DNA of 64,000 nt from contig JBNRSN020000002.1 of the NCBI GenBank assembly GCA_051313645.2, forward strand, positions 568,602,001 through 568,666,000, read 5' to 3'. This DNA comes from Centroscyllium fabricii. Taxonomy: Eukaryota. The first letter of the stretch is position 1. Each line of letters starts with the position of its first letter. The notes under the pieces are model-generated. The model did no database searches. It was not told the DNA's origin and was given only the letters and a program-made list of their open reading frames with translations. The position numbers and the translations under genes are program-made. Positions 12,516-23,147 of this stretch are shown here, piece by piece.

Positions 12516-12786
12516 AAAATAATAATAATAATAATAATTCAACTTTATTGTCATTATATAATGTACAAGTACATGAACAGCAAAGCCGCTGCATCTGTGC
12601 GCGCCGCCATTCCATCTTTCCATCATTCCGACAATCTTCAGCCAACGGCCCCTCTCCGGGGCTCCTTTCGTGACCTTCTGCACCTGCTATTCCCTGGTGG
12701 TCACCCATCCAAGAACTAACCAGGCCTGGCTCTGCTTAGCTTCCAAGCCTTGCCAGTGACCCTGTCCCTAGTCCCAGGAACAGGGC
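12516..12786 (-). mobile_element. 5S rRNA-derived SINE (SINE3-like) with Rex1/Babar-like tail, inserted in a CR1
   Basis: 12680-12747 reads CTTGGAAGCTAAGCAGAGCCAGGCCTGGTTAGTTCTTGGATGGGTGACCACCAGGGAATAGCAGGTGC (5S internal control region). Tail AATGACAATAAAGTTGAATT(ATT)n. Confidence 0.7.
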
Positions 12787-13434
12787 TGAACAGGCCTCTA
12801 CGGCCCTCTGTGGTAGAGAATTCCACAGGTTCACCACTCTCTGGGTGAAGAAATTCCTCATCTCTGTCCTAAATGGTTTACCCCTTATCCTTAGACTGTG
12901 ACCCCTGGTTCTGGACTCCCCCACCATCTGGAACATCCTTCCTGCATCTAGTCTGTCCAGTCCTGTTAGAATTTTATGAGTTTCAATGAGATCCCCTCCC
13001 ATTCTTCTAAACTCCAGTGACTATAAGCCCAATCGACCCAATCTCTCCTCATACATCATTCCTGCCATCCCAGGTATCAGCCTAATGATGAGGGGTCACT
13101 GTTTAAAAATAAGGGGTCACCCATTTAAGACAGAGATGAGGAGATTTTTTTTCTCACAGAGGGTGGTGAGTCTTTGGAACTCTCTTCCTTAGAGGGCGGT
13201 GGAAGCAGAGTCTGTGAATATTTTTAAGGCCGAGGGAGATCGATTCTTGGTAAGCAAGGGGGCGAAAGGTTATCGGGGGTAGGCGGGAATGTGGAGTAAT
13301 CGGATCAGCCGTGATCTTATTGAATGGCGGAGCAGGCCCGAGGGGCCGAGTGGCCGACTCCTGCTCCTAATTCGCATGTTCATATGTACTAACTACAATT
13401 TCTATCCCAACCTGCATAACTATCAATTTATAAA

Positions 13435-13655
13435 ACAAAAGCAAAATACTGCGGATGCTGGAAATCTGAAAAAAGCAGAAAATGGCGGAAATACTCAGCA
13501 GGCCAGGCAGCCTCTGTGGAGAGAGAAACAGAGTTAACGTGTCAGGTCGATGGTTCTGACGAAGGGTGCCAGACCTGAAACGTTAACTCTGTTTCTCTCT
13601 CCACAGATGCTGCCCGACCCGCTGAGTATTTCCAGCATTTTCTGTTGTTATTTTC
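13435..13655. mobile_element. Penelope-like (Neptune-type) inverted terminal fragment
   Basis: Imperfect inverted arms around a hammerhead core. Homologous to the 3' end of the GIY-YIG element at 49705-50729. Confidence 0.75.
13552..13588 (+). ncRNA. Minimal type I hammerhead ribozyme (PLE type)
   Basis: GGTT-CTGACGA-A-GGGT(GCCAG)ACCT-GAAA-CGTT-AACT: intact core, stem II, palindromic stem III (AACGTT) and short stem I. Confidence 0.7.
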
Positions 13656-13859
13656 GATCAATTTTTAATGCTCAATTTTCCAAAATAAAATCGAGAAGGC
13701 GTACAGCACTAAAGATTATCCGTTGGTTCACAGTACTCTTTCATTAATTCAAGCTCCAACCTTGGCGCATTAGCTTTGTGACTGCAATACTTCGCAGTCC
13801 ACCAAGAAAGAACTTGCATTTATCCAGAATCTTTCAAAAACTCAAGACGCCCCAAGGAC

Positions 13860-14700
13860 GGCACCTCCGACAGTGCAGTGCTCCATCAGTACTGCCCCTC
13901 TAACAGTGCAGTACTCCCTTAGCACTGCCCCTCCGACAGTGCAGTGCTCCATTAGTACTGCCCCTCGGACAGTGCAGCGCTTCCTCATAACTGACCGTCC
14001 GACAGTGCGACGTTCCCTCAGTACTGACCCCTCCGACAGTGCCGCACTCCCTTAGAACTGCCCCTCTGACAATGCAGCACTCCCTCAGTACTGCCCCTCC
14101 GACAGTGCGGCGCTCCCTCAGTACCGCCCCTCCGACAGTGCGGTGCTCCCTCAGCATTGCCCCTCCGACAGTGCGGTGCTCCCTCAGTACTGCCCCTCCG
14201 ACAGTGCGGTGCTCCCTCAGTACCATCCCTCAGACAGTGCGGTGCTCACTCAGCACTGCTCCTCCAACCGCCCATCCGACAGTGCGGCGCTCCCTCGGCA
14301 CTGCCCCTCCGACAGTGCGGCGCTGCCTCAGTACCGCTCCTCCGACAGTGCGGTGCTTCCTCAGTACTGCCCCTCTGACAGTGCGGTGCTCCCTCAGCAT
14401 TGCCCCTCCGACAGTGCGGTGCTCCCTCAGCACTGCCCCTCCGCCAGTGCGGCGCTGCCTCAGTAATGCCCCTCCGACAGTGCAGCGCTCCCTCAGTACC
14501 GCCCCTCCGACAGTGCGGTGCTCCCTCAGTACTGCCCCTCTGACAGTGCGGTGCTCCCTCAGCATTGCCCCTCCGACAGTGCGGTGCTCCCTCAGCACTG
14601 CCCCTCCGCCAGTGCGGCGCTGCCTCAGTAATGCCCCTCCGACAGTGCAGCGCTCCCTCAGTACCGCCCCTCCGACAGTGCGGCGCTCCCTCGGCACTGC
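13860..14700. repeat. 33-bp minisatellite (about 25 units) inside an internally deleted DeuSINE (about 13805-14805, minus)
   Basis: Unit ccctcagtactgcccctccgacagtgcggtgct. SINE sequence resumes on both sides. Confidence 0.9.
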
Positions 14701-15019
14701 ACTGAGAGTGTCAGCCTAGATTTTGTGCTCAAGTCTCTCGAGTGGGGCTTGAACCACAAACCTTCAGACGCAAGAGGCGAGGGTGCTGCCAACTGAGCCA
14801 CGGCTGCCACCTGCAGACTGGCAAAGCAAGTTTTGCCATTGAAAGAAATCCTTTAACCGAACACTATCTGTGCTGACGTGACCTTTCTACCTGGCTGCAG
14901 TGAATTTGGACAGCTAAACTCCGTAAAAACATCTCTTTCTTATTTAAGCGGCCCCTTCAATTACATTCTGATGCTTTCTGCTGAGTAAGATAAATGGAGC
15001 AGATGCGAGTCAATGTTAC

Positions 15020-15080
15020 CTGAGAGGATTCTGTACCAAACCTTTCCATTATCTCCTTCATCCGCATCAGTGGCTTCCAC
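15020..15080 (-). CDS. CDH23: Cadherin-23 coding exon (61 nt; EC11), not in the ORF track
   Basis: ttttaacAG|GTG...CAG|GTAAC. Encodes VEATDADEGDNGKVWYRILS(G), versus recalled human LKATDADEGEFGRVWYRILHG. The phase-1 end joins the 149-nt exon. Confidence 0.93.
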
Positions 15081-15284
15081 CTGTTAAAACAGAGGAAAGC
15101 CTGATTCAGCAAAAGAAACACAATAGGCAGCTTCTTGCTGTGTGCGTGCGTGCTCTGTATTTTATGTCACGTTCTTACAGTTATAGTTGAGCTGCAATCT
15201 GTGCCTCGGAACAGAAAGAACAAAGACTTGCATTTACAGACTTACTACATTCTCTCAGAAACACCTCAAAGGCTTTTTTATTCA

Positions 15285-15672
15285 ATAATTCTTGGGATGT
15301 GGGCGTCGCTGGCAGGGTCAGCATTTATTGCCCATCCCCAGTTGCCCTTGAGAAGGTGGTGGTGAGCTGCCTTCTTGAACCGCTGCAGTCCGTGTGGTGA
15401 AGGTGCTCCCACAATGCTGTTAGGGAGGGAGTTCCAGGATTTTGACCCAGCGACGATGAAGGAACGGCCGATATATTTCCAAGTCAGGATGGTGCGTGAC
15501 TTGGAGGGGAACTTGGAGGTGATGGTGTTCCCGTGTGCCTGCTGCCCTCGTCCTTCTAGGTGGAAGAGGTCGCGGGTTTGGGAGGTGCTGATGAAGAAGC
15601 TTTGGCCAGTTGCTGCAGTGCATCTTGTAGATGGTACACACTGCAGCCACGGTGCGCCGGTGGTGGAGGGAG
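15285..15672 (-). mobile_element. CR1-group LINE 3' fragment, second family (also 29562-30210, plus)
   Basis: HSLHHRRTVAAVCTIYKMHC reading frame. Tail gggcaataaatgctg...cagcgacgcccacatccc. Confidence 0.75.
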
Positions 15673-16032
15673 TGAATCACATACAACGCGTCACTGTGAA
15701 GTACAGCAATCGTTACATAGGCAAACGTAGCACTGCCATTCACCGCACAGCAGGATCCCACAGACCGCAGTGCAACGACTGGCCGGTGAATCTGTTCTTG
15801 GTGGTGTTAACTGAGGGAGGAATGTTGGTCGCGACACCGAGAGAAGTCCTTGCTCTCCAATTTCAAAGTTTTAGAATTATGCAGCCTGATCACCTTTCAG
15901 CAAAGTTTATTTTAGGTTAGCGTAAGACGCAATTTGGGGTTTCAAACCAGAGAGAGATAAAAACGTCACAAATAAGCTGCATCAATGATAAGCAAGGCCA
16001 AGGATAATAGGTCATTTGCAAAACAAAGCCAG

Positions 16033-16424
16033 ATAGAAACATAGAAACATAGAAACTAGGAGCAGGAGTAGGCCATTCGAGCCTGCTCCGCCATTCAATG
16101 AGATCATGGCTGATCATCCAAACCCAGCACCCTGTCCCTGCCCTTCTCCCCATATCCCTCGATCCCTATCGAGCCATATCCCACCCTATCCCCGTAACCC
16201 CACATATTCAAACCCCCTAACACTAAGGGTCAATTTATCCTGGCCAATCAACCTAACCCGCACATCTTTGGACTGTGGGAGGAAACCGGAGCACCCGGAG
16301 GAAACCCACGCAGACACGGGGAGAATGTGCAAACTCCACACAGATAGTACCCAAGGCTGGATTTGAACCCGGGTCTCCAGTGCTGTGAGGCAACAGTGCT
16401 AACCACTGTGCCACCGTGCCGCCC
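16033..16424 (-). mobile_element. HE1-type V-SINE
   Basis: Full consensus copy. Confidence 0.9.
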
Positions 16425-16896
16425 AGATAAAAGTTAAGCAATTCCTGATTGAGCTTCATGCACGTTGAGTCGAGCAGGTTTGACCAATTATTACTCATTT
16501 GAAGAAAAAAAATTGATCAATGAAATTCACGGCTTGCTTCGAAAACATTGTCCAAGCGAGCTCTTCATTCAGTAACTTGGGCCTGGGCAATATTAGAACA
16601 GCGCGCTCATGATTAATTCTGTCGTCCTCTCCTGACCTTCAGTGTAATTGTTGAACGAATTCTCCTCAAAAGACAGTAAAGACATACAGGAGTGCCCTCT
16701 ACTGGCCTGAGGTATCTGTGGCTTTTCACGGTTTTGGTGTGGAAGTATATATTAAAAAAGAAAGCTACCTTCATCCCTTCCATCTTGCACACTTTTTTAC
16801 TTTTGTGTGACTGTGAGCATAAGTCTGTGTATACATCTACAATTTGAGCACCGGTAACCCGGCACCTTCAGTGGTCTGGCACGAATGGAAACTGGC

Positions 16897-17235
16897 CTCG
16901 CAATAAGGAGCTCCTGGGTTCGAATCCTGCTTGGCCCGGGACCCCTCTGCGTGGAGTTTGCATGTTCTCCCCGTGTTCGTGTGGGTTTCCTCAGGGTACG
17001 CCGGTTTCCTCCCACCACCCAAAGACATGCAGGTTAGGTGAATTGGAGATACTAAAAAATAAATTGCCCATGAGTATATGTGTGAGATATAGTTCTTAGA
17101 GTTGGGGGTGTCGGGGGATATGGGGAGAGGGTAGGGGCTGGGTGCTGGGTTTGGATGATCAGCCGTGATCTCATTGAATGGCGGAGCAGGCTCGAAGGGC
17201 CGAATGGCCTACTCCTGCTCCTATCTTCTGTGTTT
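16897..17235 (+). mobile_element. V-SINE variant (distinct subfamily with CR1 tail)
   Basis: Box B ggttcgaatcc, V-core gtggagtttgcatgttctcccc, a divergent middle and the same tail as HE1. Confidence 0.75.
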
Positions 17236-17271
17236 CTGTATTTAGTTTAGGAATATGTCTCGAATTGTAAT

Positions 17272-18010
17272 GGGCCGGTTTTTCCGATGGCCCCGGGGCC
17301 GCAGTGCGCGAGTACGGAGCGGGTACTCACGCGTGCGGCCCTTGGAATTGCAGGTAGACGCCATTTCCCGCGCATGCGCGGGATACCTGCAATTACAAAG
17401 AAGGCCGGGGGTGGGGAGGGTCGGGAGCTGAAGCGCATTCGCCTGCTCATCAGGAGATGCGCAGTGCACGTCCGATTTTTTATTGGGGTAAGTATTGAAG
17501 TTTTTTACAGCTCCTTTTTACCAGCGCAACAAGCCGATTTCTTCTGGTGAGTGTTTATTTTATTGAATTTAAACAGGTTTTTAATTTATTTAAACTTTAA
17601 GACAGGTAAGTATTTTTTTTAGGGCAGTTAAAAACTTAAAATATTTTTTCAAAATGTTTATTTTTTGTTTAAAATAGGCAATTTATGTTAGTTATATTAA
17701 TGTTAAAAAATGTGGTGTTTAAAAAAAAAATTATTGTGTGTTTTTGGGGCCCTTCCATTTCATAACTTTGACAGATCTCTCTGTCAAAGTTATGAATGGA
17801 GGATTCTTTTCAGTGATTGGCTCCCCGTGGACCACGTGGAGCTTCCCCACTACCTCCGTCGCTGAGTTGCCTTAGCGCGGCGCGTAGGGCCTGGAGCAGT
17901 ACCTGGAATCGGGATTTTCAGTAAGTTAAATTCAAAAAGGCCTGTGCGGAGGATAAGTGGACCTCGGAGGCTTGCACCCACGGCAAGCCGTCGAGGCTAA
18001 TTTTTGGGCC
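17272..18010. mobile_element. Harbinger-like MITE
   Basis: GGGCCGGTTTTT...AATTTTTGGGCC termini. The left end is homologous to about 25150 and 25316. Confidence 0.6.
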
Positions 18011-18166
18011 ATTATGAAGTGCCTTCTAAAGTCTGCAGTTTATAATATGCAAGTGAGGAGCCCTCGCCCCGTCTATTGATTCAGTTCATCTTACACTTCA
18101 TCCCCTCCACCTTGCACACTTTTTTACTTTCGTGTGACTGTGAGCATAAGTCTGTGTATACAGCTA

Positions 18167-18503
18167 CAGGTTGAGCACCGGTAATCCGGCACCTGATGGT
18201 CCGGCACCTTCAGTGGTCCGTCACGAATGGGAACCGGCGGTCTTCAGTTTGTGGAGCAGCCACTCGACGGCGCCAGCGTTTCCCGCGAAGGGTGGGTGAG
18301 CGCCGAAGGCGTCGGGCGTTTGGGTTGCTGCTTTTTAGTGTTCTATCCCCGGGCTCTCTCCCGGGGAGTGTTCTACTCGCGCGCTCCTGGCCCCCGGGTT
18401 TGTTCGAGCCGCGCGCTCCCCCCGAACCTTCAGTGGTTCGGAATTTTCAATGGTCCGGCACCGGCCTGGTCCCGAGGGTGCCGGATTACCAGTGCTCAAC
18501 CTG
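18167..18503. mobile_element. Tigger-like MITE
   Basis: CAGGTTGAGCACCGG / CCAGTGCTCAACCTG with TA TSD. Confidence 0.85.
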
Positions 18504-19014
18504 TATGTAGGTACACACGCATGTACGCCTACAGGGATGTGCTTATGTGCCATGGGTGCATTTTTCCCATGCTTCTTCACTGCCTTGCAGTCCGGTTCCA
18601 GTCCATTGCAGACGTGGGTTTTATTGCGCTATGTTTCATAGCTTTTTTTTAAAAATGCCTTTTCACTGCTGGACTGAGATCTCTGTCTATCATCAACTGT
18701 GTTTGTGCAGGCCACTGGAACTGCCTCTCTGCGTCAGCAATTACCTGTTGTTTTTTCCTCATTATTTTGTTAGATTAAATGTCGCCCTCGTGAGCCACTC
18801 TCCAAACGACCACGCGGGGAAGTAATGCTCAGCAACAAAGCACGGCGACAAATAACAGCACCAGTTAAAGGCAGCACTGGGATTCAAACCTGCAATATCC
18901 AGTTTACAGGGCTGGTGCTTAAGCCACAGCTCCCCGCACTCATTTTACACGGTCCTCTCAGGGGGCTTGCTTATTTGCCCGTTGCCAGCTCTGACATCAG
19001 CTACACCTGTGAAA

Positions 19015-19222
19015 GGTAGGAAAGAAAGATAGAAAGAAAGAGAGAGAAAGAGAAAGCAATAACGAGAAAGAATGAGAAAGAAAGCAAGAGATAGAAAAAG
19101 AAAGAGATAGAGAAAGAACGAGAAAGAAAGAAAGAGAAAGAGATAAAGAGATAGAGAAAGAACGAGAAAGAAAGAAAAAGAGATAAAGAACAAGAAAGAA
19201 AGAAAAAGATAAAGAACAAGAT
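19015..19222. repeat. GA-rich low-complexity tract followed by a 5'-truncated HE1 SINE (19222-19455, plus)
   Basis: (AAAG/AGAT)n-like polypurine tract. Confidence 0.85.
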
Positions 19223-19884
19223 TGGTTGATTGGCCAGGATAAATTGACCCTTAGTGTTGGGGGGATTGAATATGTGGGGTTGCGGGGATAGGGTGGGATA
19301 TGTGTCGGTGCAGGCTCGATAGGGATCGAGGGATATGGGGAGAGGGCAGGGACGGGGTACTGGGTTTGGATGATCAGCCATGATCTCATTGAATGGCGGA
19401 GCAGGCTCGAAGGGCCGAATGGCCGACTCCTGCTCCTATCTTCTATGTTTCTATGAGAAAGAAATAATGAGAAAGAAAGAGATAGAGAAAAAAAGAAACC
19501 AAATCACTTAAGATGCTTTAAAGATACGGCCCGTCAATAGTGAGCGTCTAATATTGGCCCAAACGATATATTGTGGTTTGAAGTTTGAATCCTCATCGGA
19601 AGCCAGTTCAAGTCCATTTCAGAGAAGGATTTTAAATGTGGATTTCATTGTGATTTTGTCTGAACTTCCGCTGCAAGATTGAATGCTCTCTGCACCATCA
19701 GTAGCTTTGTGTGTGTGGGGATTGCCTGCAAACACACGTCTGGTGCTCCTCGATCCTGTCGCCCTACTGGCAGTGCTACCTAGCTTAAAGAATACGGTGC
19801 TATCATTGCAGAAAGCTTTTTTGCTGAGCGTGCAGCAACAGAAATAACCCACTCTTACATGTTGACATGGTCTTTGCTTCAATC

Positions 19885-20340
19885 ACGGCTCAGTGGGTCG
19901 CGCTCTCGCCTCCGAGTCAGAACGTTGTGCGTTCGAGTCCCACACCAGAGACTTGAGCACAAAAATCCAGGCTGACGCTCCCAGCGGAGTGCTGAGCGAG
20001 TGCCGCACTGTCAGAGGTGCCGTCTTTCAGATGAGACGTTAAACCGAGGCCCCGTCTGCTCTCTCAGGTAGATGCAAAAGATCCCACGGCCACTATTTCG
20101 AACAAGATATGGGGAGTTCTCTCCAAAGTCCTGGCCGATATTTATCCCTCAATCAACATTACTAAAAACAGATTATCTGCTCATTATTACATTGCTGTTT
20201 GTGGGAGCTTGCTGTGCGCAAATTGGCTGCCACGTTTCCTACATTACAACAGTGACTACACTTCAAAAGTACTTCATTGGCTGTGAAGCGCTTTGGGGGT
20301 GTCCTGAGGTCGTGAAAGGCGCTATAGAAATGCACGTCTT
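19885..20340 (+). mobile_element. SacSINE1/DeuSINE-like SINE
   Basis: Full consensus copy. Confidence 0.85.
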
Positions 20341-20574
20341 TCCTTCAAGCTCGAACTCCAGCAATGCATTCCGCAGCCTCACAACACTGAAGAAGTTCCT
20401 GCTACTCTCGGTCCTAAATCTCTTAAATCCCCTCCTCTCGACCCCTCAATCACTGGAAACAGTCGGTTTCTGTTTACTCTGGCCTAACCCCTTCATAATT
20501 TTAAACAGACCTCTTATCACATCGTCTCATAATCTCGTCTGCTTTAACCAAAAGAGCCCCGATTTTTCAAAAGC

Positions 20575-21030
20575 AAAAATACCGTGGATTTCGGAAATCT
20601 GAAATAAAAACAGAAAATGCTGGTAACACTCAGCGGGTCAGGTAGCATTGGTGGAGAGAGAGAGAAACAGAGTTAACGTTTCAGGTCAGTGATCTTTTGT
20701 CAGAACTGGAAAAAGTTAGAGATGCAACAGGTTGTAAGCAAGTACAGGGGCCGGGGAAGGTGGAGGGGGGTGGGGGGGGGGGAAACGAGAGAGGAAAGAA
20801 CAAAAGGGAGGGTCTGTGATCGGGTGGAAGGTCGGAGAGATTAAATGACAAAAGGGACGATGGTGTGAGGCGAAAGGAGACGGTTACGGGACAAGTAAAG
20901 AAACAAAAGATGGCTCTAGAAAAGGTTAAATGGGAATAGCAGAATCATCAACAGCTGACATCTGAAAAAATGGTGGCAGAGGTTATGGTCCGAAATTGTT
21001 GAACTCGATGTGGAGTCGGGAAGGCTGTAA
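20575..21030 (-). mobile_element. Penelope-like 3' fragment with a degenerate hammerhead
   Basis: Minus strand ttCTGACAAaagatcactgacctGAAAcgttaac (core G>A). Homologous to 38083-38510 and 50280-50729. Confidence 0.7.
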
Positions 21031-21357
21031 GTCTTTCTTTGTATCTTCTCATACCAGGCAGCACAAGAACATAAGAAATAGGAGCAGGAGTCGGCCAATC
21101 AGCCCCTCGAGCCTGCTCCGCCATTCAACAAGATCATGGCTGATCTGATCCTGACCTCAAATCTACTTTCACTCTCCATCCCGCCCGAACCCATGTGATC
21201 GCCCGGGAGAGGCGAGAAACCAGATTAAAAACCCAGCGGCCAATTAGGGAGAAAAAAATCTGGGAAATTCCTCCCCGACCCATCTGGGCGATCGAAACTG
21301 GTCCAGGAGATCACTCTGGCCCTGAATTTCCTGCAGAACCTACCTTCCGTAAGAGGT

Positions 21358-21609
21358 CATAATGCGGAGGTGCCGGTGTTGGACTGGGGTGGACAAATGC
21401 AAAAAGTCACACAACACCAGGTTTAAAGTCCAACGGTTTATTTTAAATCACAAGCTTTCGGAGCGTCTGCCCCTTCGTCAGGCAAAGAGAAACTGAGGTG
21501 ACCTCAGTTTCTCTTTGCCTGACGAAGGGGCAGACGCTCCGAAAGCTTGTGATTTAAAATAAAACGTTGGACTTTAAACCTGGTGTTGTGTGACTTTTTG
21601 CATTTGTCC
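21358..21609. mobile_element. Penelope-like inverted pseudo-LTR pair: 219-bp palindrome (21391-21609) plus a 33-nt tail
   Basis: 109-bp arms with one mismatch, centred on 21500. 12-bp flanking duplication TCCGTAAGAGGT (21346-21357/21607-21618). Confidence 0.85.
21515..21552 (+). ncRNA. Minimal hammerhead ribozyme (mirror copy on minus strand at 21448-21485)
   Basis: TTGC-CTGACGA-A-GGGGC(AGAC)GCTCC-GAAA-GCTT-GTGA, with palindromic stem III AAGCTT. Confidence 0.7.
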
Positions 21610-22117
21610 GTAAGAGGTGACCAGGCCACACGGCCCCCCCCGGGCCCGCTCCGCCACCCACAGGACCGTGGCCTACCTGAACCTAGACTCACGTCCACTT
21701 ACCTACCCGCTCCCCGTAACCCCTAATTCCCTTTACTTCCAAGAAACTGTCTATCTCTGCATCCTAATAAAACTGCGCGGCACCCTCCGTCGCCTCAATG
21801 CCAGTCACTCAATACCAAACGATTACTTCAGCTGTACCTGCTTCACCTCCTGAAGGTGAAGAGTCAGGTCAGAGACTGAGGTGTTGGGCAGAATCTACGA
21901 ATATAAACCGGGGATTCATAGAAACATCGGAGCAGGAGGCGGCCACTCGGCCCCTCGAGCCTGCTCCGCCATTCGATGCCATCATGGCTGACCATCATTC
22001 AGAGGCTGAGCACATTAAACTATCGGTACATAGTTTCAAATGCCTGATTTTTCTAAATAGTTAAAAAGAAAATGATTATATTGAGAGCATTTAATAATTT
22101 TAGATACGTTGATGGAT

Positions 22118-22515
22118 CGGCACGGTGGCATAGTGGTTAGCACTGTTGCCTCACAGCACTGGCGACCCGGGTTCAAATCCAGCCTCGGGTACTATGTGTG
22201 TGGAGTTTGCACATTCTCCCCGTGTCTGCGTGGGTTTCCTCCGGGTGCTCCGGTTTCCTCCCACAGTCCAAAGATGTGCGGATTAGGTTGATTGGCCAGG
22301 ATAAATTGACCCTTAGTGTTCAGGGGATGAAATATGTGGGGTTACGGGGATAGGGTGGGATATGTGTCGGTGCAGGCTCGATAGGGATCGAGGGATATGG
22401 GGAGAAGGCAGGGACAGGGTGCTGGGTTTGGATGATCAGCCATGATCTCATTGAATGGCGGAGCAGGCTCGAAGGGCCGAATGGCCGACTCCTGCTCCTA
22501 TCTTCTATGTTTCTA
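22118..22515 (+). mobile_element. HE1-type V-SINE
   Basis: Full consensus copy. Confidence 0.9.
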
Positions 22516-23147
22516 TATTGTTGAGCCTCTAGATGGAGCTCTAATGTTGCACATATAAGTCAACACATGAACCAGGTTAAATGCATCTTTTTTTTCCAAA
22601 AAAAATTGAATTTGGAGTTGGAAGTCAGGCAACGGGTACACGTGTGATGTCCAAATACAACTTTTCAACCTCTGTCCACTTAAGAAAATTCAACTGCTGG
22701 ATGTGGACTGAAAGTATAGTCATTAGTATCTAAAGAAACTGCTCGGATATCCTTGCCTAAAAGCAGCACAGCTGAATTCGAAGAGTCGGCTGAAGTGCTG
22801 CAAATTGAAGATGGGCTGTCTACTTGCCCCTCTCCCCTCCTAACACATGAATTACCAGTTATGCTCAAGCTCTGGTTTAATACACTGCTCTTACCCAGAC
22901 CCAGTATAAATGCATGATTCTAGCACATCTCCAACCTGCACTTTTTCCCTCTCTCCTGTCATTCCGCCCCATCTCCAAATTGCTCTCTACTTTCAAAAGA
23001 AGCTATTGTATCTCGAGGACTTCAATCTTCTTGCGAATAACAAGTTTTTTTTTAAGATGACCGTTTTCACATATCTAAGGTATACCTAAGACTCTCTCAT
23101 ATTTAGGACAAGTCTTGGATTTTGTAGCTGGCATCATTTAGAATCGT

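Larger units (their letters stand above)
21064..21758 (-). mobile_element. CR1 3' end with extended structured 3' UTR, interrupted by a Penelope palindrome
   Basis: ORF2 end (KGIRGYGER), then an extra module shared with 52787-53065, then the standard CR1 hairpin tail. Confidence 0.8.

Noticed and set aside
12680-12747. Functional 5S rRNA gene
   Set aside because: The 5' half is missing, there are multiple substitutions, there is no T-run terminator, and it is embedded in a SINE-like unit.
18945-19389. Phe/Leu/Ser-rich membrane-protein-like ORFs
   Set aside because: Translation of a GA-rich low-complexity tract plus a SINE.
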